From positions 1 to 64,000 of the forward strand of contig CAVRJG010000052.1 in NCBI GenBank assembly GCA_963721455.1: a DNA stretch of 64,000 bases, in the 5' to 3' direction. The position numbers and the translations under genes were made by a program. How positions within the stretch are numbered: position 1 is the stretch's first letter; each line of letters opens with the position of its first letter. Source of the DNA: an uncultured Methanosarcinaceae archaeon. GTDB taxonomy: Archaea; Halobacteriota; Methanosarcinia; Methanosarcinales; Methanosarcinaceae. The notes below the pieces were generated by a model. The model did no database searches, had not been told where the DNA came from, and worked only from the letters and a program-made list of their open reading frames with translations. Shown one piece after another: positions 10,672 through 22,031 of the stretch.

Positions 10672-13070
10672 ATGACAGGCGAGATCCTCTTACCCGATGA
10701 CCAGTTATCTGACAACCAGTTATCTGACAACCAGCCAGCGCAAAAGACACTTGAAGAGTTGTCCATCTTCCCTCTCCCCAAAGATGACCAGTTATCTGAC
10801 AACCAGCCAGTGCAAAAAACACTTGACGGGCTGTCCGTCTCCCCCTCCCCAAGGTGAGGACAACAGATGGTTTCATTCTTAACTGGGACAGGAACATCAT
10901 TGTAAACCAGCTCCTGAAAGAAACAAAATTAAGCGAGATCTTCTATAGCAGCCCTGCAATCACGAAAGAAGAAGCCGTTGATATTGCAAAAGAAGCAGAA
11001 AAAATCATTAAAAAGATGAATATCAAGTTTCTCTCAGGCCCTCTTATCCGGGAAATAGTAAACAATATCCTTCTTGACAGGGGACATGTAGAATGGAGAA
11101 ATATCATGACCAGGGTCGGGGCTTCTGTCTACGACGCCTACGAAATAGATACCGGATACGGCTTTGAGGCAAATGATAATGCAAACCAGCTGAACAATGC
11201 CGAAACCTCACATAAAAGAAAAGCCGACAAAATGTCCAAGGAGCAAAATCTCCTTCTGATGCCAAAAGAGCTTGCCGACCTGCACCTTAACGGGGATTTC
11301 CATATCCATGACCTCGAATATATGGGCACAAGGCCTTTTTGCCAGGATTGGGATCTGCGTTACTTCTTTTATTACGGGCTCATGCCTGACGGGGTAGGAA
11401 CTCAATCCAGCGTGGCAAAACCTGCAAAAAATGCCGAGGTAGCTTTCCTTCACGCGGTAAAGGCCATGGGCTCGGCTCAGACCAATTTCGCAGGTGGACA
11501 GGGTTTTTACAATTTTCTGACCTTTATGGCCCCCTATCTGGAAGGCAAGTCAGAAACCGAGATCAGACAGCTTATGCAGATGTTCGTCTATGAAATGATG
11601 CAGATGATGTGCGCAAGAGGCGGACAGACTGTCTTTTCATCCGTACAGCTTTCCCCGGGTGTCCCGAAGCTCTGGAAGAATATTCCAATTGTAGCTATGG
11701 GCAAAGTCTGGGACGGCAAACAGGCTCCCCTCAGAACCTATGGAGAGTTCGAAAAAGAAGTTCGGCTTGGGTTTAAAGCTATGATGGACGTTATGCTTGA
11801 AGGAGATGCCTGGGGCAAGCCTTTCAGTTTCCCTAAACCCGAAATTTCTATTGAACCTGACTTTATTGAAGAAGACGAAGAATTCAACCGTGCTCACCCT
11901 GACCTTCCAACTTACAAAGGGCTGTACAGGATGACCTTCGAACTGGCTGCCAAATTCGGGACTCCTTATTTTGATAACCAGCTTCCAGAGTACAGAGGCG
12001 CAGGAGAGGGAATTTCTTGTTATCAATGCTGCGCGTATCAATTTTCTACAAACCCTACAGATGATAAAGAATTCGATGACAAGCTCCATTTCAGGAATGG
12101 AAAACACTTTTCAATGGGCTCATGGATGGTCCTGTCTTTAAACTGCCCCAGGGCTGCATACAGGGCTGAATATGATGATGAAAAGCTTTTCAGTGAGCTC
12201 AAGACCCTGATGAATAGGGGTGTAGAGGTTTTCAAGACCAAGCGAAAATGGATGAACAGCCTGATCAAGAAAAACAGAATTCCCTTTGCAGCCCAGTGTC
12301 CCAAAGATCCGAGCACAGGAGAAAAGGGGGCAATGGCTGTGGACTTCGACAGCCTTGTGTATACTATCGGAATAGTAGGGATTAATGAGATGGTCCAGTA
12401 CCATACAGGCTGCCAGATCCACGAATCTCCTGCTGCATATAAGCTTGCGATCAGGGCTATGTTTGAAATGAAAATGCACGCTCAAAAGCTTTCACAGGAA
12501 ACCGGTATGGAAATTGCTCTTGCAAGAACGCCTGCGGAAACGACAGCCCAGCGTTTTGCAGTCTCGGACCTCCTGCATAAGGAATATGCCGATAAAGCAG
12601 AATTCACAATTAAGGGTGATTTGAAGGCCGCAAAGCAAAAGTTCAATGAAACTCACGACCTGCCCATTTATTATACGAATGGAACGCACGTCCCACCTGG
12701 TGCAGACATATCTCTGCCTGAAAGGATAAAGTATGAGCACACCTTCTTCCCGATTGTGGACGGCGGAAATATCATGCATATCTGGCTCGGAGAAGGAAAG
12801 CCGGACCCCGACGGCCTGCAGGAGCTTGCCATGCATATAGCAAAGAATACCCAGACCGGTTACTTTGCTTTCACCCGGGATATGACTGTGTGCATTGACG
12901 AGGGATATGTGGCCAACGGCCTGCTGGACACATGCCCGAAGTGCAGGTCTGAGAACGTGCAGCACCTTTCAAGGATCACAGGATATCTCCAGTCAGTAGA
13001 AGGCTGGAACAAAGGCAAGCGCCAGGAACTCCTGGACAGAAAACGATACAGCACAAGGGAACTCAGGTAA
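10672..13070 (+). CDS. nrdD: Anaerobic ribonucleoside-triphosphate reductase; N-terminal extension out of frame at 10841-10850 (main ORF 10854-13070)
   Basis: ATP-cone-like N-terminus, HIHDL, AGGQG, TPAETTAQRF, YYTNGTH, CPKC and the glycyl-radical motif SRITGYL. Confidence 0.93.
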
Positions 13071-13119
13071 GAGTTCCTCAATCCTTTTTTATACATAAGG
13101 GTATGAGAAAAGGTAGGCT

Positions 13120-13890
13120 ATGAAAGTAAATTATGCAGGCACTGTCCCACTCTCGACCCTGGACTGGAGAGGAAAGGCTGCAGTCACGATATTTTTTCGG
13201 GGATGCCCCCTTCGCTGTCCCTACTGCCAGAACCATCCCTATCTGGAGGAAACGGACCTCGTGGAACTGGATTTTGTAAAAGAGCAGATTAAAAAATCGA
13301 AGCCCTTTGTGGGTGCGGTTGTTTTTTCGGGAGGGGAGCCTCTGATGCAGGCGGCAGTCGTGCCTCTTGCAGAGTTTGCAAAAGGATTCGGGCTTGCAAT
13401 CGGAATTCACACAAACGGCTGCTATCCTGAAATGGCAAGCGAACTGGTTGAGCGAAAACTGGTTGACAAGTTTTTTATCGATGTAAAAGCTCCCCCGGAT
13501 AATCCCGGGCTTTACGGAAAAGTTGCAGGCTGCGGAGAATACGAAGCTGTCAAAAAAACTCCTGAAGAGATTACCGCATCTGTCATAAAAACGATCGAAA
13601 TTGCAGATTCCTGCGAAATAGAAATGGAGCTCCGGACAACAGTTATCAGGGATTTTATCGGAACCGGAGAAGAAATCGCCAGCATAGCTTCCTGGATTTC
13701 GGAACATGTGAAAAACAGGGAAGTTACCTATGTCTTGCAGCAGGGAATTCCAGAATACAGCCTGCAGGAGAAGCTCAGGGAAACACGGGTTTTAGAAAGG
13801 GAAGAATTATACGAACTGGGAAAAGCAGCAAAAAACTTTCTGGAAAGAGTGAGAATAAGGACAAAAGAGGTGGGGGAAGAAATTATCTGA
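13120..13890 (+). CDS. nrdG: Anaerobic RNR activating radical-SAM enzyme
   Basis: GCPLRCPYCQN, FSGGEPL, HTNG; follows nrdD. Confidence 0.92.
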   Translation: MKVNYAGTVPLSTLDWRGKAAVTIFFRGCPLRCPYCQNHPYLEETDLVELDFVKEQIKKSKPFVGAVVFSGGEPLMQAAVVPLAEFAKGFGLAIGIHTNGCYPEMASELVERKLVDKFFIDVKAPPDNPGLYGKVAGCGEYEAVKKTPEEITASVIKTIEIADSCEIEMELRTTVIRDFIGTGEEIASIASWISEHVKNREVTYVLQQGIPEYSLQEKLRETRVLEREELYELGKAAKNFLERVRIRTKEVGEEII

Positions 13891-14324
13891 CTCATACGAT
13901 AATAACTCGACTCATACAATAATAACTCATATGACATTATCCGATATCTGATATCCTCATGGTACTCATCTCGCACTTTTGCTTTTTAATCTTCTCTGTT
14001 TTAGGTTCAAATGAATTTGAAGTTTACAAAAGTCTTATACATCCCAGAAGATAAAAGGCACATGTGAAACCCCTGAAAGGATTTATTCATTCAATGCCCG
14101 TGGACAAGTGTTAGAATTTTTGGAGTAATGCCCCCGCTGAATACTGAAAGTTTCTCTGTTGATATTTCTCTGTTGATATTTCTCTGTTGATACTACTAAA
14201 TTTTTGTGTAACTTCCTGCGTTACACAAATTAAATAAAGGAGAGGAACTCAGTCCGTTTTGGCCCGCACAGGGGCAAGTATCTATAAAAAAGGAAAGCAA
14301 AAGTTATCGTTTTCAGAAAAGACT

Positions 14325-15347
14325 ATGAAAGACACAAAAGTATCTTCAGTCGGAGAGCGAGCTCTAATCTCCCGCTTATCTGAGATTTTCAAAGCCCCCG
14401 ATGGCAAGGAGAAAGGACCGGAAGGGATCCTTATAGGTGCAGGTTCCGATGACTGTGCCGTCCTTGACCTGAAAGGTGAAGACTGCCTGGTTGTTACTAC
14501 AGACATGCTGCACAGAACCACGGATTTTCCGGAAGAAATGACCCCCTGGCAGATGGGCTGGATGTCTGCAGCTGTAAACCTCAGTGATATTGCAGCCATG
14601 GGTGCAGAACCCACAGGGCTTGTTATGGCAATTGGCATGCCTGCAGATACCGGAATTGCTTTTGTTGAAGAACTTGCAAAAGGTATGCAGGCATGTGCCG
14701 AATTCTGCGGAACTGCCGTTATCGGAGGCGACCTCGATACCCACGCAGAACTGACAATTACAGGGACGGCACTTGGCAGGGTAAAGAAAAGCCAGCTCCT
14801 TCTTCGGCGCGGAGCAAAGCCAGGTGACCTTGTCTGTGTTACAGGATACACAGGGTCGGCCGGAGCAGCCCTGGAGGCTCTCCAGTCGAAAAAGCCGGTA
14901 AGTGAAACTATCCTGAAGGCTCTTTTTGAACCCATTCCGCGCACGAAAGAAGCCAGGAAACTGGCCGAATCCGGAGCAGCCACATCCATGATGGATACAA
15001 GCGACGGCCTTGCGATGTCCCTTTACGACCTTGCCAGGCAGAGCCATGTGGGTTTCAGGATCCGGGAAAATACCCTTCCCATTCTCAGGGAAGTCAGGGA
15101 ATTTGCTTCAAGTCCGGACGATCTGACGGAACTTGCCCTTTACACGGGTGGAGATTTCGAACTTCTTATTACAATTGACCCGCAAAAGATGAAAAAAGTA
15201 CAAAATATATGTAACTTAACTGTTATAGGAGAATGCACAAAGTATGAAGCGGGCATCGTACTCGAATCCCCCGAATGCAAGCTTATAACTATAGAACAGA
15301 GAGGATACCAGCAGCTAAAAGCCGAAACTGTTGATAGATCTTCCTGA
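14325..15347 (+). CDS. thiL: Thiamine-monophosphate kinase
   Basis: GE..LI, DDCAV, NLSDIAAMGA.P, GGD, D.SDGL, GGDFELL. Confidence 0.93.
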   Translation: MKDTKVSSVGERALISRLSEIFKAPDGKEKGPEGILIGAGSDDCAVLDLKGEDCLVVTTDMLHRTTDFPEEMTPWQMGWMSAAVNLSDIAAMGAEPTGLVMAIGMPADTGIAFVEELAKGMQACAEFCGTAVIGGDLDTHAELTITGTALGRVKKSQLLLRRGAKPGDLVCVTGYTGSAGAALEALQSKKPVSETILKALFEPIPRTKEARKLAESGAATSMMDTSDGLAMSLYDLARQSHVGFRIRENTLPILREVREFASSPDDLTELALYTGGDFELLITIDPQKMKKVQNICNLTVIGECTKYEAGIVLESPECKLITIEQRGYQQLKAETVDRSS

Positions 15348-15515
15348 TTAAAAACTAACTTAACCCCCACAAGTAGAAGCCTGGAATGAGAGAGACAGAA
15401 ATTAAGAATTCTTGATTGACAAAACCCCAAAGATCACAAAAATCGAGCAAATTCAGGCTAAACTGACTAAATTTATAATAACATAATTTATGCACAAGGT
15501 TCAGAAGGATAGAAT

Positions 15516-18500
15516 ATGAAAAAAGCTATTTTACAGATATTTACAGCAATCCTGGTGTTAGGGTTATTTTGCGGAGCTGCAGCTGCAGCACCAACTGCAG
15601 GTTTTACCGCTAACATAACAGAAGGATACCTGCCTCTAAGTGTGGCTTTCCAGAATCAATCCGAAAACGCAACTTTGTGGCAGTGGAACTTCGGAGATGG
15701 AGACACCAGCACAGAACAGAGCCCTATACATACCTATACCAGCGCAGGAAAGCACCAAGTAAGCCTGACCGTAACCGATGTCAATGGAACAACTGATACG
15801 AAAAATGATGTTACTATAAACGTATCAGCTCGAGGGCCGGTTGCTGATTTTGAAGCAAATGATACGGAAGGAACAATTCCTTTAACTGTTGCCTTTACTG
15901 ACAAATCAACAGGTGCTACATCCCGGCAGTGGAATTTTGGAGATGGAAATAGCAGCCAGGAACAGAACCCTACAAATACCTATACCAGCGCAGGAAAGTA
16001 CACAGTAAGCCTGAACGTAACCGATGCCAATGGAACATCTGATACGAAAAATGATGTTACCATAAACGTATTAGCTCCAGCAGAATCGGCTGCTGCTTTT
16101 GAAGCAAATATTACGAAAGGGTCAATTCCTTTAACTGTTTCCTTTACTGACAAATCAACAGGTGCTACATCCCGGCAGTGGAATTTTGGAGATGGAAATA
16201 GCAGCCAGGAACAGAACCCTAAACATACCTATACCAGCGCAGGCACATACAAAGTGACCTTAACTATAACCGACACTGGTGGAAACTCGAGAGTATCACC
16301 AACTAAAGATATTGAAGTCAGTTCCATAAACAGCGGAAACAGAATATGGGAAAAGGGAATGCCTGAAACTTACACATGGACTGCCCAGAGTTACTCAGGC
16401 TTCTATTATGACCTTGATTCCGGAGTCTCCTCAGAAAAGATGACCATTACAGGTATAGACAGAAGCATAGATTCAGGGGACATTGAGTACGTCACAGAAC
16501 CTACTGAAACTAATTTTGAATACAGTAACTGGGGCTCGTACCAGATTATAGGATTCATGGCAGAGAAATACTTCGCAGGCTATAGTGAAAATGGTTCTAA
16601 AGTTATAGGGGATGACATCAGCCCTATTTCCGGCGGTGTCCTTTCCAAGATTCTCGTCGACAGTGACGATAAAAAATCCGCATATTCTGGAGATGCTTTT
16701 GCCCTCGAAGAAGGATATTCCCTGAACATCATGGAAGTCGATGTTAACGGAGAATCTGTCTGGGTCCAGCTCGAAAAAGATGGAAATGTAGTAGACGAGG
16801 CTTTTGTTACCTCCAATGATAACTATGTCTATAAAACTAATCTTGGAGAAGAAGAAGACGTACCCATAATTATTGTCCATTTCGGCACGGTTTTTGCAGG
16901 AGCTGAGACCTCTGCTGTCTTCGTACAGGGTATCTTCCAGATCTCGAGCGATTATATCGAACTTGAAAACGGAGATACCTTCGAAGAAATGGAAGTAACC
17001 TCCCTAAGCAGCAGTGAAATAAAAATGAAGAATGATGATAGCCTCGGACTCGATGAGGGAGAGACAATAGATCTTATGGGTAAAATACAGATTCAGGTAG
17101 CTGATGACAGTACACTGCGCTTTGCCCCGATCCTTGACACCTCGGAAACCGGTACCTACGAACTGCGCGGGACTGTTTATGACAAGGGTAAAAGCGACCC
17201 ACTCCCTAACTGGACGCCCTTTAACTTTGAAGGTTTCTATTACAACATAGATGAAGGAATTGGGACTGAAAACCTTACAGTAGAAGAGTTTGGAGATAGG
17301 GATATACCTTCAGGCAAACTTGTCTACAAATCCACGCCTCAAGCTGTTAATTTTGAACACAATGAATGGGGCAACTTCACAGTTATTGGTTTCATGGCAG
17401 ACAAGTACTTTGCCGGGTATACTGATGGCTCCGTTAAAGGAGCTGTTGATGATGTGAGCCTTCTTTCGGACAATATCCTCTGTAAAGTCCTTACAGATAG
17501 TGATGACAAAGAATCCATGGACTCAGGTTCTGCCCTTAAACTTGAAGATGGTTATTCCTTGAATATCAAGGAAGTCGATATTAACGGAGAAAGTGTCTGG
17601 GTCCAGCTCGAAAGAGACGGAGAAGTTGTAGATGAGGGCTTTGTCACCTCCGGTAAGGACTATATCTATGAAACTGATCTTGGAAAAGCAAAAAGTGTGC
17701 CTCTCATTATAGTCCATTTCGGCACAGTTTTCTCAGGCACTGAGACCTCTGCTGTCTTTGTACAGGGTATTTTCCAGCTTTCGGAAGATTACAAAGAAAT
17801 CAGCAACGAAGCGACCTATGACGAGATGGAAGTTACCAGTGTCTCAGAAAGCGGCATTACAATGAAAAACGATGGCGACATCGGACTTGGCCAGGATGAA
17901 ACCGTCAAGATCATGGGCAATGTCAGTTTCAAGACCGCTGATGACAGAACTCTCAGGTTCTACCCCTTCGTGGAAGTTGAAACCGGAGGTAATGCCAGCA
18001 ACTCACTAAAAATAAATTTACCTGATGAAATTGTTGTGGGCGATACTTTTGATATCGGAGTGACCGCAGGTGAGAAGCCGGTAGAAGGTGCCGCTGTAAA
18101 GGTTAACGCGACCAGTGAAGGCAAAACCGACGAGAATGGAACTATTGAATACACGGCAGAAAATGCCGGAGCCCTGAAGTTTACCGCAGAAAAGGAAGGA
18201 TACACAACTGCAAACAAAAACGCCAATGTCATTCCTCCGAAAGAGAAAATGACAGTCAACATTTCACCCGAAACGGTTTACATCGGCGATACGATCAATA
18301 TTGAGGCTATTACGACAATCGGCGGGGACCCCATTGAAGATGCAAACATCTCGATTAATGGGGATGTTCTTAATAAAACAGGACCCGACGGAAAAGTTAC
18401 CTATACAACAGAGAAAAACGGTACTCTTAAAGTGAGTGTAACAAAGGAAGGATTCCTTGGCCAGGATATAAATGTAAAAGTAAAAGACTTTGAAGCCATC

Positions 18501-18914
18501 TTCAAATTCTCAAACCTGGTAATTGATCCTTCAGAGGTAAGTGCAGGAAAGGATACGGAAATCTCGGTTGATGTAGGAAATACGGGCAATGCTGCAGGAA
18601 ATAAGAGTGTGGAATTGTCTGTGAACGGAAACGTAACTGACTCACAGGAAGTTTCCCTGGATGTGGGGAAAAACACCACTTTAACCTTTGAGCACGTAGA
18701 AGAAGTGCCAGGAAACTATACGGTAGAAGTAGGTGGAGAGACCGCAACCTACATTGTGAAAGAGAAGTCTTCTGTGTTGCTCTATGCCCTTGGAGCCATC
18801 GTGCTGTTAATAATCGGCGGAGCCGCTTATTACTTTACTAAAGGTGGCGGGGATGTAGCAACACTGCAGAAAAAGGTACAGGAGCTTATTGATTCGGTAA
18901 ACCCAAAAAGATAA
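15516..18914 (+). CDS. Cell-surface/S-layer family protein: signal peptide, 3 PKD domains, duplicated Methanosarcinales S-layer domain, Ig-like domains, C-terminal TM anchor
   Basis: WNFGDG x3; tandem 'F.GFYY..D.G...E' / 'IGFMA.KYFAGY' domains; hydrophobic C-terminal helix. Confidence 0.88.
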   Translation: MKKAILQIFTAILVLGLFCGAAAAAPTAGFTANITEGYLPLSVAFQNQSENATLWQWNFGDGDTSTEQSPIHTYTSAGKHQVSLTVTDVNGTTDTKNDVTINVSARGPVADFEANDTEGTIPLTVAFTDKSTGATSRQWNFGDGNSSQEQNPTNTYTSAGKYTVSLNVTDANGTSDTKNDVTINVLAPAESAAAFEANITKGSIPLTVSFTDKSTGATSRQWNFGDGNSSQEQNPKHTYTSAGTYKVTLTITDTGGNSRVSPTKDIEVSSINSGNRIWEKGMPETYTWTAQSYSGFYYDLDSGVSSEKMTITGIDRSIDSGDIEYVTEPTETNFEYSNWGSYQIIGFMAEKYFAGYSENGSKVIGDDISPISGGVLSKILVDSDDKKSAYSGDAFALEEGYSLNIMEVDVNGESVWVQLEKDGNVVDEAFVTSNDNYVYKTNLGEEEDVPIIIVHFGTVFAGAETSAVFVQGIFQISSDYIELENGDTFEEMEVTSLSSSEIKMKNDDSLGLDEGETIDLMGKIQIQVADDSTLRFAPILDTSETGTYELRGTVYDKGKSDPLPNWTPFNFEGFYYNIDEGIGTENLTVEEFGDRDIPSGKLVYKSTPQAVNFEHNEWGNFTVIGFMADKYFAGYTDGSVKGAVDDVSLLSDNILCKVLTDSDDKESMDSGSALKLEDGYSLNIKEVDINGESVWVQLERDGEVVDEGFVTSGKDYIYETDLGKAKSVPLIIVHFGTVFSGTETSAVFVQGIFQLSEDYKEISNEATYDEMEVTSVSESGITMKNDGDIGLGQDETVKIMGNVSFKTADDRTLRFYPFVEVETGGNASNSLKINLPDEIVVGDTFDIGVTAGEKPVEGAAVKVNATSEGKTDENGTIEYTAENAGALKFTAEKEGYTTANKNANVIPPKEKMTVNISPETVYIGDTINIEAITTIGGDPIEDANISINGDVLNKTGPDGKVTYTTEKNGTLKVSVTKEGFLGQDINVKVKDFEAIFKFSNLVIDPSEVSAGKDTEISVDVGNTGNAAGNKSVELSVNGNVTDSQEVSLDVGKNTTLTFEHVEEVPGNYTVEVGGETATYIVKEKSSVLLYALGAIVLLIIGGAAYYFTKGGGDVATLQKKVQELIDSVNPKR

Positions 18915-18969
18915 AAGCGGCAGGAAAACAAAAAAACTCAAAGACAAAAAGAAAATAAAACTTGAAATT

Positions 18970-19005
18970 CCCGCGTTAACCCTAAACGCGGGTTCTTTTA
19001 ATTTT
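18970..19005 (+). terminator. Hairpin plus T-tract after the S-layer gene
   Basis: CCCGCGTT-aacccta-AACGCGGG followed by TTCTTTTAATTTTT. Confidence 0.55.
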
Positions 19006-19165
19006 TAAAAACGATTTAAATTTGATTCTGGTTTAGTTTAAATTTAATTCAAATGTGATTAAATTTGATTTAAATTCAGCCGTTTTTCAGGATCTTATTC
19101 GAGAGTTATTCGGCATCTATTATTCCAGGTTATTCAGTAGTTATTTTTAACTTTCGATTCTAGTT

Positions 19166-19687
19166 TTACTCCATCTTTTTGAGAGCAAGTTCGATGGCAT
19201 CTATAAGGCTGCTCTTCGGGATAATGGTTGTGACGGGAATGTTAAGGATTTTTTCTACTGTAGGGCTTACTATAGGAGCACAAACCAGGGCTTTCGCTCC
19301 ATCCCTTTCGGCGTTAACAGCTGCTATTATGGCTTCTTCCATCGAGGTTGCCGAGTATTCCCTTATTGTGACCAGCCTGCCAGCAATCTTTTTCTTTGTT
19401 TCTACAATATTGTCAAGTACCGAGCGAGCTGCAATTACGGCGATAAAATCTCCACTATCGGATTCCTTGATATCACGAATCGTTTTCACTATCTGGCGGA
19501 GGGTTTTGACGTTAGGGTCCCGGTTCCCTGAGAGGATCTTGTAGAGGGTGCTTGGAGGGATATTTGCTTTTTTGGCAAAATCCACGGCAGTGAGATTAAG
19601 ATCCTCCTTAATTGCAGCGGAAAGTGTTTTTTGAAAAACCTCATCAGATTCGAACGCGGATTTGATAACCTTGTCTGCAACATTCAT
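19166..19687 (-). CDS. XRE/Cro-type HTH transcriptional regulator, divergent from the ABC operon
   Basis: LTAVDFAKKANIPPSTLYKILSGNRDPNVKTL HTH; C-terminal 'VCAPIVS' domain. Confidence 0.8.
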   Translation of the reverse strand: MNVADKVIKSAFESDEVFQKTLSAAIKEDLNLTAVDFAKKANIPPSTLYKILSGNRDPNVKTLRQIVKTIRDIKESDSGDFIAVIAARSVLDNIVETKKKIAGRLVTIREYSATSMEEAIIAAVNAERDGAKALVCAPIVSPTVEKILNIPVTTIIPKSSLIDAIELALKKME

Positions 19688-19774
19688 AAAATTCAACCTT
19701 TTAAATCCTGTAAAAAATATTTAATGGATATAAATAATCTACATTTCACAGGAGTTTTAGTCCCGAATGAGAAA

Positions 19775-19807
19775 TATGTCCAGATGTATTAATACATTTG
19801 GGACATA
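19775..19807. promoter_or_regulatory. Near-perfect palindrome, candidate operator
   Basis: TATGTCCAGATGTATT|AATACATTTGGGACATA, in the divergent intergenic region just upstream of a TTATATA box. Confidence 0.5.
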
Positions 19808-20056
19808 ATCAGGACAGCTTTGAGAAGTTATATATAGGAAATCTAGAAAAATATTAATACACCAAGGCACATACTTTTTATTTTTACCGGGATTCTTATC
19901 TGGAGAAACACAAACTTTTTGCAAAAGAGTTTATGGAAAGCTGACAAAAAGAAAGATGTGAAAGCCTGTTAATTTTTCCTTAAGAAGGCCCGATTTCAAA
20001 AAATGTTATTTAGATAATGAAAGTTATCATTTATAGAGATTATTGAGGTGAAAGCT

Positions 20057-21100
20057 TTGAAAAAACTAGGCATACTCACACTTACTTTATTGCTGGTCGT
20101 ATCTATCTTCGTATCCGGCTGCGCATCCAATGACGGGGACGTATCCGATAATGAAAGCGGAGTTAAAGAATCCCCTGCAATTACCGAACTGAATATTGGC
20201 TATCAGCCAAGTACCCATCAGATCGCATACATGACTGCGCTACGAGAAAGGATGGTGGCAGGAAGATCTTGCACCCTACGGAATTAAGGATATCAAAGAG
20301 TATCGTGTTCGCGACAGGACCTCCTGAAATGCAGGCTATGATGGCTAACAAACTGGATGTGGCTTATGTTGGGGCAGCCCCTGCTCTTACAGCTCTCAGC
20401 CATGGTCTTGACGCAAAGATTGTTGAGCCTGTACAGATAAATGGCTCAAGTCTTGTCCTCAGGCCCGAATACAAGTATGAAAGCCCTAAAGACTTAATAA
20501 GAGCCCTAAACTTAGTATCGCTACTTATCCTACCGGATACAATTCAGGATACCCTGCTCAGAGAGTGGCTCAAGGAAAACGGGCTTGACCCTGAAAAAGA
20601 TGTTATAATCATGGCAATGAGACGAGGAGATGCCGTCAGTGCTATTACAGCCAAACAGATAGCTGCTGTTTTCCTGCCTCACCCCTTCCCCCACAAATGT
20701 CGAAAGAGACAGGTAGCGGGCGTACCATCGTACAATCTGGACAGATGGAACCGAACCATGCCTGCTGTGTGCTCTTGGTGAGCGGAAAACTTATCAGGGA
20801 GCATCCGGATATTGTGGAGCAGATTGTAAAGACCCATATTAATGCAACCGAATACAACAAGGCACACATGGACGAAGCCGCTCAGATTTTCTCAAATAAG
20901 ACTAGCGAGGATCTTGAAACTGTGAAGGCATCTCTTAAGGAATGGGATGGAGCCTGGATTACAGATCCCTGCACTGATTGAAAACTCAACTGTCGGTTAC
21001 TCGAAAGTTCAGTATGAGCTGGGTCTACACCCATAAACCTCTGACACAAGAAGATATCTTTGATACAAGCTTCTATGATAAAGCTGTCAGTGGAAAATAA
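20057..21100 (+). pseudogene. SsuA/NrtA-type ABC substrate-binding lipoprotein with several frameshifts
   Basis: Lipobox VSGC, IGYQPSTHQIAY, GPPEMQAM, FLPHP and 'WITDP' are spread over several frames. Confidence 0.75.
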
Positions 21101-21240
21101 AACAGGAATAAATAAAAAACAAAAATTGACCAAGGTGTTCAAATGACTCTGCTTTCATAAGGGGCAATTTGAACCCTTAATTTTTCTGAAAGATGAAGTC
21201 TGTCGGAAAGATAAATAAGTAAGAATTCTTTTAAGTAGAC

Positions 21241-22030
21241 ATGAAAATCAGTTTCATAAAAACAATAGAAGAAAAAGGTATTGAAGCATTATCTCTCATA
21301 GTTGCAATTGCAATATGGCAGCTTGTAGCGGATATAGTTGTACAGGAATAAATTTCTTCTGCCTAGTTTTTATGATGTAATAACTTCTTTGTCCCATCGT
21401 CAAGAGCGGGCTAATTTTTACGGATATATTGACAAGTCTACTTCACTTTTCAATCGGCATTGTCGCTGCGTTTATAATCGGAATTCCCCTTGGGAATATC
21501 TATGGGATGGTTCAAACAAGCAAACCGAGCAATCGACCCTATAATAGAGATACTGCGTCCGATTCCTCCTCTTGCCTGGATTCCCTTTGCAATCGTATGG
21601 TTTGGGCTTACGCATCAGGCTGCAGGTTTTGTTGTGTTTGTAGGAATGGTCTTTCCTATTGTTATCAATACCTACTACAGGTTTTAAAAACGTACCTAAA
21701 GTTTATGTTGAGGCGGCAAAGGTTCTTGGCTGTACCCGAAATATAGATCTCATCCGTTTCATTGCGATTCCCTCAGCCATGCCTTCAATTGTTGCAGGAA
21801 TCAGGATTGCCATGGGAGTAGGCTGGATGTGCCTTGTTGCTGCAGAAATGTTTGGGGCCAGCAACAGGGGACTTGGGTACCAACTATGGCACAATTATTA
21901 TCTTCAGAGGATGGATTTTGTACTCCTTTATATGCTACTGCTAGGATTTCTGGGTCTTTTAATTGATCGTTTCTTCAGGTACTATGTAGACACAAAATTA
22001 CTCCGATGGACATCAGGAACTGTGGTATAA
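21241..22030 (+). pseudogene. SsuC-type ABC permease with several frameshifts
   Basis: MKISFIKTIEEKG..., RPIPPLAWIP, EAA loop (VEAAKVLG) and WMCLVAAEM occur in different frames. Confidence 0.75.
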
Positions 22031-22031
22031 G

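Noticed and set aside
14205-14227. TGTGTAAC-N7-GTTACACA palindrome upstream of thiL as a TPP riboswitch
   Set aside because: Lacks TPP aptamer motifs (GCTGAGA, CCTGA...AGCG). It could be an operator, but one 8-bp inverted repeat is insufficient evidence.
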